64,000 nt of DNA. Source: a virus. The position numbers and the translations under genes are program-made. Positions 44,328 through 53,900 of this stretch are shown in pieces. The notes beneath the pieces were generated by a model. That model saw only the letters and a program-made list of their open reading frames with translations, ran no database searches and had not been told where the DNA came from. The DNA is taken from IMG/VR virus record IMGVR_UViG_3300047160_018755, positions 118,280-182,279 of that record. One strand, written 5' to 3'. Numbering within the stretch: position 1 is the first letter of the stretch; each line of letters begins with the position of its first letter.

Positions 44328-44850
44328 TTACATGCCTCTTGTGTCTCGCTGTGGAAAGTGCGGGGGCTCCGATTGGGGCTACACGAGCGTTGGCTATCGG
44401 TACTGCAAGGCTTGCAACTCACGTCGGGCGGCAGCGTGGCACAAGGAGCACCCGATCCGAAGCCGGCGTCTTCGTCAAGAGTCACACGCTCGTCTAGGAA
44501 ATCGGTGGTGGCAGAAAAATAAGCCAACCGTGCGCTGGTACGGCTACAAGCAATGGGACAGCAGGCACGGCCTAAGGGGAACCCTTCCCAAGGAAGAGGC
44601 TCTAGCTTTGATGCAGGAGCCATGTACTTACTGTGGGAAGCCAGGAAGCGGCGGCCTCGACCAGGTTCTGCCCGGTAAGGGCCACACGCGTAAGAACGTC
44701 ACGCCATGTTGCGTGGTATGTAATCACATTCTAACCGATCTCCCTCCCAAGGCCAAGAACCTGATCGCATCAGGTTTGAAGAAGGCTCGAAAGAGCGGAG
44801 CGTTGGACCAATGGACCCCACCAATCCGCAGGAGACAGGCAGCATCATGA
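44314..44850 (+). CDS. HNH endonuclease (free-standing)
   Basis: CTYCG..GLDQV..GHTRKNVTPCCVVCN; N-terminal Zn finger; atypical codons. Confidence 0.75.
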   Translation: MLPANYMPLVSRCGKCGGSDWGYTSVGYRYCKACNSRRAAAWHKEHPIRSRRLRQESHARLGNRWWQKNKPTVRWYGYKQWDSRHGLRGTLPKEEALALMQEPCTYCGKPGSGGLDQVLPGKGHTRKNVTPCCVVCNHILTDLPPKAKNLIASGLKKARKSGALDQWTPPIRRRQAAS

Positions 44851-46595
44851 TCGACCGTCCCGAGTACCAGCCGACCGGCCTCGCCGCAGAGATTTTCCAG
44901 AAGCGCTACGCCATCTACCCCGAGGAGACCTGGCAGGACGCCTGCAAGCGCGTCGCCGACTTCGTCTCGAAGGCGGAGCTGGGCTCGGACATCGCCAGCT
45001 ACCAGAAGCAGTTCAACCACATCCTGGTGAGCGGCCTCTTCGCCCCCGGCGGCAGGATCATGTACGGCTCGGGTCGCCCGCGTGGCCAGCTCCTCAACTG
45101 CTTCGTCGTCCCGACGTCCGACAGCCGTGAGGGCTGGGGCAAGCTCGCGTACGACACCCTCGTCATCTCGGGAACGGGCGGCGGCGTCGGCACCAACTAC
45201 TCGCCTGTGCGCAACCGCGGCTCGAACATCCGCGGGACCGGTGGCACGGCCACTGGCGCCACGAGCCTGATGAGCATCATCAACGCCGAGGGCGAGGAGA
45301 TCAAGGCCGGCGGTGGCCGGCGCACGGCGCTCATGATGGCGCTGGAGCACGACCACCCGGACGTCGAGGAGTTCCTGAACAAGAAGCTCGACCTCGGCAA
45401 GCTCAACAACGCCAACGTCTCGGTCATCTTCGACAAGAACCCCGAGAAGTTCTTCGACCAGGTCCGCAAGGGCGAGAACGTCAAGCTCACCTTCGGCGGG
45501 CGCACGGTGAAGGAGATCCCCGCCAAGGAGCTGTGGGACAAGATCATCCAGAACGCGCTCAGGTCGGGCGAGCCCGGCGTCCTCAATGGCTGGTACGCCA
45601 ACCGCATGAGCAACGTCGCCTACTGCGCCAAGCTCATCTGCACCAACCCCTGCGGCGAGATCTGGTTGTCCGAGTACGACTGCTGCTGCCTCGGCGCCGT
45701 CGTCCTCCCGCGCTTCGTCCAGGATGGCAAGATCCAGTGGGACGAGCTGGCCGAGACGGTCCGCCTCGGCGTTCGTTTCCTCGACGACGTCCTCACGGTC
45801 AACACCTACCCGCTCCCCGAGATCAAAGACGTGTGCTCGTCGCTCCGCCGCATCGGCCTGGGCGTCATGGGGCTCCACGACATGCTCCTGATGCTGGGCA
45901 TGAAGTACACCACCGACCGCGCCCTGGAGCTGGTCGACGAGGTGATGGCGTTCATCAAGAACACCGCCTACGAGGCGTCCATTGACCTGGCGAAGGAGAA
46001 GAGCCCGTTCTCGAAGTTCCGCGCCGAGGAGTTCCTGAAGAGCGGCTTCGCCAAGACCCTCAAGCCGTCGCTGCGCACCAAGATCGCCGAGCACGGTATC
46101 CGCAACTGCGCGTTGCTCACCATCGCGCCCACGGGCACGACGTCCATGGTTCAGAACGTCACCTCGGGCATCGAGCCCATGTTCGCGCCGGCCTACCGTC
46201 GCCGCTTCCGTGACGGCGAGGAGCTTCGCGAGGAGGTGGTGGTCCACCCGCTCTTCCAGCAGTTCGTGCAGGATGGCCGCAGTGTGAAACACTTCCAGGG
46301 TGCGTACCAGCTGAAGATCCGTGACCACTTCGAGATGCAGCGCATCTGCCAGAAGCACCTGGACAACGCCTGCTCGAAGACCATCAACCTCATGCCGGGC
46401 ACGTCCGCGGCGGAGCTGTCGGACCTCTACATGGAGTTCCTGCCCGAGCTGAAGGGATTGACCGTCTATCCTGAAGGTAGCCGTGCTGATCAGCCGCTCA
46501 CTCCAATGTCGCACGAAGAGGCGATGGAGCACATTCAAGGTGCCAGTGCTGAGGTCGAAGGCGGCGCCTGCCGCTCTGGTGTTTGTGAAATCTAA
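44847..46595 (+). CDS. nrdJ: class II (B12-dependent) ribonucleotide reductase
   Basis: PGGR, NCF, TNPCGE, CCLG, RRIGLG, IAPTGT, SKTIN, C-terminal CRSGVCEI; no NrdB nearby. Confidence 0.85.
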   Translation: MIDRPEYQPTGLAAEIFQKRYAIYPEETWQDACKRVADFVSKAELGSDIASYQKQFNHILVSGLFAPGGRIMYGSGRPRGQLLNCFVVPTSDSREGWGKLAYDTLVISGTGGGVGTNYSPVRNRGSNIRGTGGTATGATSLMSIINAEGEEIKAGGGRRTALMMALEHDHPDVEEFLNKKLDLGKLNNANVSVIFDKNPEKFFDQVRKGENVKLTFGGRTVKEIPAKELWDKIIQNALRSGEPGVLNGWYANRMSNVAYCAKLICTNPCGEIWLSEYDCCCLGAVVLPRFVQDGKIQWDELAETVRLGVRFLDDVLTVNTYPLPEIKDVCSSLRRIGLGVMGLHDMLLMLGMKYTTDRALELVDEVMAFIKNTAYEASIDLAKEKSPFSKFRAEEFLKSGFAKTLKPSLRTKIAEHGIRNCALLTIAPTGTTSMVQNVTSGIEPMFAPAYRRRFRDGEELREEVVVHPLFQQFVQDGRSVKHFQGAYQLKIRDHFEMQRICQKHLDNACSKTINLMPGTSAAELSDLYMEFLPELKGLTVYPEGSRADQPLTPMSHEEAMEHIQGASAEVEGGACRSGVCEI

Positions 46596-47077
46596 TGCCG
46601 TATAAGGACCCGATCAAGAGGCTGGCGTCGCAGAGGGTACGGACGGCCAGGTATCGGGCCACGGCTCGCGGTAAGGCCAAGTGCCTGGAATACACGCAGA
46701 GTGCACGCGGCAAGGAAGTGCGGAAGGGGATCAATGCACGCGCTAAACCGTTGCGGAAGCACTACAAGAAGACCAAGGGGCGGTTGGCTGAAGCTCTCAG
46801 AAGTAGACTTTATCAAGCCATTAGATGGGAGTCCAAGGCGGGCTCTGCCGTGAGCGATTTGGGGTGTTCTATTCCAGAGTTAAAACAATATCTTGAGTCC
46901 AAATTTCAGCCAGGTATGACATGGGACAACTACGGACAGTGGCATATTGACCACATCAATCCGTTGGCGAAGTTTGATCTGACAGACAGAGAACAATTCC
47001 TTCAAGCCTGTCACTTTACGAACCTACAGCCTCTGTGGGCGGTCGACAATTTGGCCAAGAGAGATAAGATTCGATAG
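46595..47077 (+). CDS. HNH endonuclease (free-standing)
   Basis: LGCS..LKQYLESKF..GMTWDNYG.WHIDHI.PL..HFTNLQPLWA.DNL.K. Confidence 0.85.
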   Translation: MPYKDPIKRLASQRVRTARYRATARGKAKCLEYTQSARGKEVRKGINARAKPLRKHYKKTKGRLAEALRSRLYQAIRWESKAGSAVSDLGCSIPELKQYLESKFQPGMTWDNYGQWHIDHINPLAKFDLTDREQFLQACHFTNLQPLWAVDNLAKRDKIR

Positions 47078-47079
47078 AT
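47068..47079 (+). promoter_or_regulatory. GATTCGATAGAT motif
   Basis: TAGATT lies 7 nt before ATG 47088. Confidence 0.65.
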
Positions 47080-47087
47080 TATCTTCG

Positions 47088-48056
47088 ATGGGCTTCGATT
47101 TCGACGAGAACGGCAACAACGACGAGTACGGTGCCAACGAGAACGAGACGACCGGCGAAGTCGGCGACACCGGCAAACCGATCGCTCGTACCCCGGCGCA
47201 GCCGATTGTGATCCAGTCGGCGCCGGTCCAGCACGGCAACGTGAACGACATCGTCGCGGCCATCATGGGCACGTCGGCGCCCGTGCAGACCCCGCAGACG
47301 GTCGCGCAGGCCTTGGAGTCGACCCAAGATTCGTACATGGACGAAGTCGAGGAGCGCCTGGAGATCGCGGCCTACTACCGCTCGGCCCTCTCCAACCCGA
47401 TGTTCGACAACGACACGAAGGCCGCCCGCATCGTGCAGCACGAGTTCTCCGGATTCATCCGCCAGCGCCTGGGAGAGCTTCTGGGCCTGCCCGGCGAGAC
47501 GAAGAAGGCCGAGACCTTCACGGAGGCCCAGATCGAGATTCTGCGCCTCCTTGGCGACCTGACCCCGGCCCACGTGACGGCCATCAAGATGGTCGTCGCC
47601 AGGCTCACCGGAGAGGCCCCTGCGCCGCGCGAGGAGCCCGTTCTTCGACAAGCCAAGGCTCCCGTCACCCCTGCCCCGCGGCCCGCTCCTGCGCCTCCGC
47701 AGCGCGCCGCGCCCGCTCCCGCCCCGGCGGCCCCCGTGACCCAGCAGGCGGAGGCTCCCAAGCGTGGCCCCGGCCGTCCCCCGGGCGCGAAGAACCGGCC
47801 GCCCAAGGACACCGAACAGATGGTCCCGGCGGTCCGCAAGCACGCAGACGGTACCGAGGAACCGCTGTACAACAAGGACGGCAGCCCCCGCATGGTCCGC
47901 GTCCAGCGCATCCAGCGCCCGGCGGGCATGATGCCCTTCCCCAACGACGCTCAGCTCTCTCAGGTCACGGCAGCGCAGGCAGGAGCCCGCGCAGCCACGC
48001 TCGAAGCAAACCCCAACGTCCAGAAGGCCCTCACCGGCCTCCAGAATCCCGCGTAA
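47088..48056 (+). CDS. hypothetical protein with AT-hook-like motif
   Basis: KRGPGRPPGAKNRPPK; Pro/Ala linker. Confidence 0.65.
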   Translation: MGFDFDENGNNDEYGANENETTGEVGDTGKPIARTPAQPIVIQSAPVQHGNVNDIVAAIMGTSAPVQTPQTVAQALESTQDSYMDEVEERLEIAAYYRSALSNPMFDNDTKAARIVQHEFSGFIRQRLGELLGLPGETKKAETFTEAQIEILRLLGDLTPAHVTAIKMVVARLTGEAPAPREEPVLRQAKAPVTPAPRPAPAPPQRAAPAPAPAAPVTQQAEAPKRGPGRPPGAKNRPPKDTEQMVPAVRKHADGTEEPLYNKDGSPRMVRVQRIQRPAGMMPFPNDAQLSQVTAAQAGARAATLEANPNVQKALTGLQNPA

Positions 48057-48065
48057 GGAGATCCG

Positions 48066-48764
48066 ATGGCAAAGTTCGGTAGGAATGGTGCAGGCCCCGT
48101 CCGTCCCCAGGGCCCCGGTTCGCTGGAGCGCCTGAAAGCGCTCGAAGACTTCCGCGGGGAGATTCTGCGCGCGGTTCGCCAGACGTTCCAGGCGATCGAG
48201 CAGCGTCTCCAGAACCTCGAAGAGGTCAACGAGGCGTGCGTGAACCTCATCGGTCGGACCCAGGTCGAGGAGGAGGTCAAGCGCCTCCACATCGAGCGCG
48301 TCGAGGCGCGTTCCGCGATGGAGACGGCGGCGCTGGAGCAGGCCCTCAAGGACGGAAAGATCAAGGAGGTCGAGACCATCGGCGACATGTCGGTCGTGGT
48401 CGGCTCCGAGGTCGACAAGGACGGCAACAAGCTGTACCCCTCGCGCGTCCAGCTCCTGTTCGCCACGCTCCACAAGGAGTACCAGGACAAGCTCCGCGGC
48501 GCCCGCGGTGGCGACTCGATCGAGACGCCCATGGGCTCGAAGTTCACCGTCGCCACGGTCTACGACGTCATCCCGCAGGCGGAGCAGGTCCCACCGCCTC
48601 CGCTGCCGGCCGGCACTCCCCCGGTGGACGCGGAGCCGCTCGACGCCGAGGCCGAGGCGAAGCTGGTCGAGCAGCTGTCCGACGCTGCGGCCGAGATCGA
48701 GGCCGAGGCCAAGGCCGTGGAGGAGCAACTCGTGGAGGATCTGGCAGGCCAGACCGCCGGCTAA
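48066..48764 (+). CDS. hypothetical protein, possible trigger-factor FKBP-like domain
   Basis: Coiled coil, then GDMSVVVGSEVDKDG...YQDKLRGARGGDSI; weak resemblance. Confidence 0.5.
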   Translation: MAKFGRNGAGPVRPQGPGSLERLKALEDFRGEILRAVRQTFQAIEQRLQNLEEVNEACVNLIGRTQVEEEVKRLHIERVEARSAMETAALEQALKDGKIKEVETIGDMSVVVGSEVDKDGNKLYPSRVQLLFATLHKEYQDKLRGARGGDSIETPMGSKFTVATVYDVIPQAEQVPPPPLPAGTPPVDAEPLDAEAEAKLVEQLSDAAAEIEAEAKAVEEQLVEDLAGQTAG

Positions 48765-48808
48765 TTGTTCCGTTCGTCCAGCAATCTTCACAGCTAAGGA
48801 GCTGCCGA

Positions 48809-49948
48809 ATGAGCAAGCGTGACCGCCGCCTCCAAGGCGAGGCGAGCATCATGTCGTTCCTGAAGGAACGCGTGGATGCTGAACGAACGGAGTCCAACGT
48901 TCGCGACAACCGTCGCACCACAATTGCGATGGCTCGCGAGAACCTCTTCCTGGAGGATCTCGAAGGAGTCCTCAAGAAGGCCCTCGGGAACGGAGTGGCC
49001 GCGCCCAGCGGCTACGCGAAGAAGACCCTCGACACGGGTCCGAAGAAGCGCATCGTCAACATCGCCCTCTCGGACCTGCACTACCACTCGCTGCTCGATC
49101 CGCGAGAGGTCCCGTTTGAGTACGGCCCGCTCGAAGAGGCTCGCCGCACGGCGCGCATCGTCGAGGAGGTCTCCGAGTACAAGCCGCAGTACCGCGACGA
49201 CTCGGAGCTGTACGTCCACATCTTCGGCGACATCATGCAGGGCGACCTGCACGATCCTCGCGAGGCCGCCTGCATCACCGACCAGTTCGGGGCGTGCGTC
49301 TACCTCATCACCCAGGCGCTCACGGCCTGGTCGGCGAGCTTCAAGCGGGTCACCGTTCGCTGCGTCCCGGGCAACCACGGCCGCAACAAGCGTCGCCACC
49401 ACGACCGTGCGACCACGGGCAAGTGGGACTCGTTCGAGAACATGATCTACCTCGCGGTCAAGTTCGCGGTGGCCTCGCTGCCGAACGTTCGCGTCGTGAT
49501 CCCCTACGCGCCCTTCTACACGTACCAGGCGTTCGACCAGCAGGGCTTCGTCACCCACGGTGACACCGTCCTGGACGCGGGCTTCCCGTCGAGCACCATC
49601 GACATCAAGAAGATCCGCAACCACATCAACGAGCTGAACGCCGGCAGCGCGAAGGACAGCGACTTCTTCCTCATCGGCCACGTGCACTGCGGATCGATCG
49701 TGGAGATCCCCTCGGGCCCCACGTTCATGAGCAACGGATGCCTCGTGCCTCCGGACGGCTACGCGGTCTCCCGCGGTGTCCTGCGCCAGAAGTGCGGCCA
49801 GCAGCTCTGGGAGAGCGTCCCGGGCCACATCTGCGGTGACCGCCGGTTCCTGAATGTCGACGAGTCCACGGACAAAGACTCGCGCCTGGACAAGATCGTG
49901 AAGCCCTACCTCGGATTCGAAACGGAGTCTCCGCTGCGAAAGAAGTAA
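48809..49948 (+). CDS. calcineurin-like metallophosphoesterase
   Basis: LSDLHY, GDIMQG, GNHGR, THGD, GHVH; AAGGAG RBS. Confidence 0.8.
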   Translation: MSKRDRRLQGEASIMSFLKERVDAERTESNVRDNRRTTIAMARENLFLEDLEGVLKKALGNGVAAPSGYAKKTLDTGPKKRIVNIALSDLHYHSLLDPREVPFEYGPLEEARRTARIVEEVSEYKPQYRDDSELYVHIFGDIMQGDLHDPREAACITDQFGACVYLITQALTAWSASFKRVTVRCVPGNHGRNKRRHHDRATTGKWDSFENMIYLAVKFAVASLPNVRVVIPYAPFYTYQAFDQQGFVTHGDTVLDAGFPSSTIDIKKIRNHINELNAGSAKDSDFFLIGHVHCGSIVEIPSGPTFMSNGCLVPPDGYAVSRGVLRQKCGQQLWESVPGHICGDRRFLNVDESTDKDSRLDKIVKPYLGFETESPLRKK

Positions 49949-49949
49949 C

Positions 49950-50342
49950 GTGCCCACACGAAAGGAACTGGAGTCCAACGCCTGCGATCTGGAGAAGCGG
50001 CTCAAGGAGCGCGAGGGGGTTCTGAAGCTGAAGGAGGTTGCGCTCTCACACGCTGCCGAAGACATGGAGGAATGGCACTCGGATCGGAAGATGCACGAGA
50101 ACAACATGAACTTCATGTTGCACAAAGCTGAGGTGGTCGACATCAGGGAGTTCGACGGTGTCAAGAAGCTGCTTCAGACCACGAGCGACAAGCTCGCCGA
50201 GGCGTCGATCAAGTACCACAACCTGCTGAAGACCGTCACCGCGCACCGAAAAGAGTACAACGACATTCTGAAGGAGCTGGACGAGCTGAGGGAGGAGTTG
50301 TCGGGCTACCCCGTGATCCTGAAGTTCCCGGAGAAGAAATGA
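49950..50342 (+). CDS. coiled-coil hypothetical protein
   Basis: Heptad pattern. Confidence 0.6.
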   Translation: MPTRKELESNACDLEKRLKEREGVLKLKEVALSHAAEDMEEWHSDRKMHENNMNFMLHKAEVVDIREFDGVKKLLQTTSDKLAEASIKYHNLLKTVTAHRKEYNDILKELDELREELSGYPVILKFPEKK

Positions 50343-50560
50343 ACGAAGAAGAAGCACGCAAGAAGGTCAACGAGGACCCCGACTTCGTCAACTCGAAGCG
50401 ATACGACTACTCCCTTCAGAAGCTGGAGGAGCGCTACCCCGACGGCGCTCCCGACAACGTCATCGCCAACGCGCTGATGATCGAGGAGAAGGAAGTCGAG
50501 CCCGAGTTCGACAAGGTCGTCGTCAAGCTCCGCGAGAAGATGGGAGTCGAGGAGCCGTGA
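50339..50560 (+). CDS. small hypothetical protein (HTH-like)
   Basis: ATGA overlap. Confidence 0.6.
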   Translation: MNEEEARKKVNEDPDFVNSKRYDYSLQKLEERYPDGAPDNVIANALMIEEKEVEPEFDKVVVKLREKMGVEEP

Positions 50561-50844
50561 AGAGGGACCTATTGGCTGCTGCTGGAGCGCGAGAGGACCT
50601 GCTCAAGGCAGAGGCCGCCGCCCGTTCGGCCTGCATGCACCCCAACATCTTCTTCCAAAACTCAGGCAACCGCCTGCGTTGCGTGGACTGCAAGAGGTTC
50701 TGGATGGCCGGTACAACCACCAATGGCGTGGATATGGCCATGCCAGATTTCACGTACCAGAACCCTCAGATCTTCGACTCCGAGTTTCGCCACTCTCCCA
50801 ATGAATTGCCTAGGCGGCGTCCGGTCGAGAAGAAGATTCGCTAG
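50557..50844 (+). CDS. hypothetical Zn-ribbon protein
   Basis: GTGA overlap; CxH...CVDC. Confidence 0.55.
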   Translation: MKRDLLAAAGAREDLLKAEAAARSACMHPNIFFQNSGNRLRCVDCKRFWMAGTTTNGVDMAMPDFTYQNPQIFDSEFRHSPNELPRRRPVEKKIR

Positions 50845-50846
50845 AA
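50835..50846 (+). promoter_or_regulatory. GATTCGCTAGAA motif variant
   Basis: One mismatch; upstream of the structured element and dnaE. Confidence 0.55.
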
Positions 50847-50856
50847 GTAGGGTGAT

Positions 50857-50958
50857 GGGGTAGCTCTTCGGAGCATGCTGGTAGCAACCGCGCCCTCGGT
50901 CCTCCTATACCGAGGCGGAAGCAAGCTAGACCGGGCGGTGTTCGAGGCCTGGTACCCC
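50857..50958 (+). ncRNA. candidate cloverleaf-like structured RNA / dnaE leader
   Basis: GGGGTA/TACCCC closing stem; hairpins GCTC-TTCG-GAGC, TGCT-GGT-AGCA, CCTCGGT-N8-ACCGAGG, CCGGGC-GGTGTTCGAG-GCCTGG; followed by TTTTT. Confidence 0.5.
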
Positions 50959-50970
50959 GGTTTTTCAACC

Positions 50971-53900
50971 ATGAGAAATTTCCCGAGCTGTCATAGCCAT
51001 CCCCAATCGCTCGACTCCGGGTCGACGCCAGAAGCCTTTGCTGCTCGCGAGGTGGAGTTGGGAAGTGGTGTGCTCACGGCAACAGATCACGGAAGCCTGG
51101 CTGCTTGCCGGAAGATTTATGACCTCGCCAAGGAGAACGGCCTCACGCCAGTTTTGGGCATGGAAGGTTACCTGCGCGACGACGACTGCGAAATCCTTGC
51201 GAAGAACGGATACCGCAAGAACGTGCACGGGAAGTTTATTGGCGCCCCCAAGTACATGCATTTTTGCGCACACTTCCAAGATCAGGCGGCCTACGAGTGC
51301 GCAGTGCGACTTCTGTCTAACGCCGACGAACGCCTTGACGAAATTCTTCCCAAGCTGGAACCCGAAGACCGTAAACATGGCAAAGAACGCAAGCCGATGT
51401 TTACGTGGAGGGATTTGGAGGAGCTTGGTTCTCACAATGTGACCCTGACTACCGGCTGCATGATTGGCGTGGTTCAGCGTCACATCATGGACAATGATGA
51501 TCTTCGCACTGCCGAGGGGTACTTCCAGAAGCTGAAGTCCATCGCAAAGCCAGGGAACCTCTACGTTGAATTGAATCCTCACGACACCAGCATGAACTGG
51601 GTCGAGGGCGTGTTCATCCACCTGAAGGATGGCACGATCAAGCGCTGGTACGACAAGAAGGTTCTCAAGACCAACGTCGGTGAGATTCGAGCCGGCGACC
51701 TCGCCAAGGTCTTCGAGGGCAGCGAGCACAAGATCCTGCTCGCGGTCAAGAACCGCGCCACCTGGGAGGAGTTCGAGCCCCAGGAGATCGTGAAGGTCAT
51801 CCAGGAGCGCGGCTACCAGCCGAACGAGTGCCGTCCTTGGGCGCCCGACGGCGACCTCCAGGCCGGGCTCAACAAGGTCATGATGATCTTGGCAAAGAGG
51901 TACGGGACCAAGATCCTCATCGGCGACGACAGCCATTACGCGACCGCGGACGAGAAGGTCGTGCAGGACGTACGCCTTGCTCAGGACGGCGCGTGGCGCT
52001 TCTACGGCAGCTACCACCGCATGAGCAGCGAAGAGGCCTTCGTCCAGATCTCGCGCAAGCTGAACGTCAGCGAAGCGCAGTTCGAGGGCTGGGTGGAGAA
52101 CAGTCACGAGTGGGCCGGGCGCTTCAAGGACTTCAAGTTCAACACGCCTCCGAGCCTGCCGACGAAGTTCTACGAGGAGATCTACGCCACCAGGCCGTGG
52201 TTCAAGAACGACAAGGACGACTCGCTCCGCTACACGATGGAGCTGATCAAGAAGCACGGCCGCATGGACTGGAGCAACAAGGCGATGACCTCGCGCCTCC
52301 AGGCCGAGATCCAGATCCTCCACAACAACGGCGTCATCGACCTGCTGCCGTATTTCATGGTCGACGAAGAGGTGTGCAGCTTCTTCGAGGAGCAGGGCCT
52401 CCTCACGGGTCCGGGCCGTGGTTCGGCCGCAGGCCTCATCCTCACCTACCTGCTCGGCATCACCCACGTCGACCCGCTCAAGTACAAGCTGTCGATGGAG
52501 CGCTTCATCACCCTCGACCGTATCGCTTCGGGCGGCCTGCCCGACATCGACCAGGACTTGCCGAAGCTCCGCCGCGGCATCCTCATCGACGAGGAGACGG
52601 GCTGGCTGAAGAAGCGCTTCGGCGACCACTACGCCCAGATCTCGGTCGACTCGACCTTGCGCGTGCGCCAGGCCATCCAGGACGTGTCCCGCGAGCGCCG
52701 CGGTCATGTGCCCAAGGAGATCTACGGCCTCACCGGCAGAATGATCATGCCGCCCCAGGGCATGACGGACCACGAGTTCGTCATGGGCAACGACAAGGAG
52801 GGCGAGGACCACATCCAGGGGTCCATCGAGTACGATCCCGCGCTCCGCGCCTACATCAAGATGTTCCCCGAAGACTGGGGCATCGTCACGAAGTGCCTGG
52901 GCCTCCCGCGCCACAAGGGCAAGCACGCCTGCGCCTTCGTCATCGCGAACAAGCCCATCCGCGACTTCATTCCGATCACGACCGTCGCCGACGGACGCGT
53001 CACCGCCTACACCGCCGGCTCGGTGGAAGCAGTCGGGGGATTGAAGATGGACTTCCTCGGCCTCGGCGCGCTCGACGACATCACCGACTGCATCCGCCTC
53101 ATCCACGAAGCCTTCTCGCGCGACATGGGCGTGGAATTCAAGAACCAGGTCATCAACGGCAAGCTCGTGCGAGCCCACCACCTGGTTCCGGTGCCGAGTA
53201 CCAACGGGTGGACCCTGGCTGACATCTGGGATCTCCCCGAGGACCAGGACGTCTTCTCGGAGGTGGCGACCGGCAAGACCGAGACGGTGTTCCAGTTCAA
53301 CACTCCGGGCGCGGTTCAATGGTTGCAGCACTTCGCCTTCCAGAAGGCCGACGGACGCTACGCCATCAGCTCCATCGAGGACATGGCGGCCTTCACGGCC
53401 CTCGATCGCCCCGGTGCCCTCCAGGTCGAGCTTCGTGACCCCGAGCAGCCCGAGCACGTCCACAACGCCCTCGTCGAGTTCGCCCGCCGCTCCCGTGGAG
53501 CGCCCCAGACGCCCGACATCCTGTCGGTGTTCGATGAGCTGATCCCGGAGACGTACGGGGTCATGGTGTACCAGGAGCAACTCCAGTTCATGTACCAGCA
53601 GCTCACGGGCTGCACGCTGAGCGAGGCGGAGAACTTCCGCAAGCTCGTCGCGAAGAAGAAGTACGACAAGATCCAGAAGCTCCACGCTCCGTTCCTGGAG
53701 AGTGCCGGCGCCCGCCTAGGTGACGTCGAGACCGCCAGGAAGGCCTGGGACTTCTTCATCAGCTGGGCCAAGTACGGGTTCAACAAATCGCACTCGGTCG
53801 CCTACGTGACCGTCAGCTACGCGTGCGCGTACCTGAAGCACCACTTCCCGCTTCAGTGGTGGTGCGCGGTTCTCCGCAACGCCTCGAAGAACGAGGTCAA

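Noticed and set aside
44847-46595. Class I RNR alpha subunit
   Set aside because: Short, no ATP cone, C-terminal CxxGxC, and no NrdB in the window; class II fits better
50880-50958. HDV-like/theta ribozyme, prompted by the CCTCCT loop
   Set aside because: No compatible P1 and P2 partner strands for the nested double pseudoknot could be found
50857-50958. Canonical tRNA, tmRNA or c-di-GMP riboswitch
   Set aside because: No 7-nt anticodon loop in register, no CCA, and no recognisable GEMM/c-di-GMP-II or tmRNA terminal motifs
50875-50970. ORF-track upstream start for dnaE (and extended starts at 29537, 30306, 31746, 34727, 60948)
   Set aside because: Homology, RBS or promoter position and gene overlaps favour the downstream starts reported
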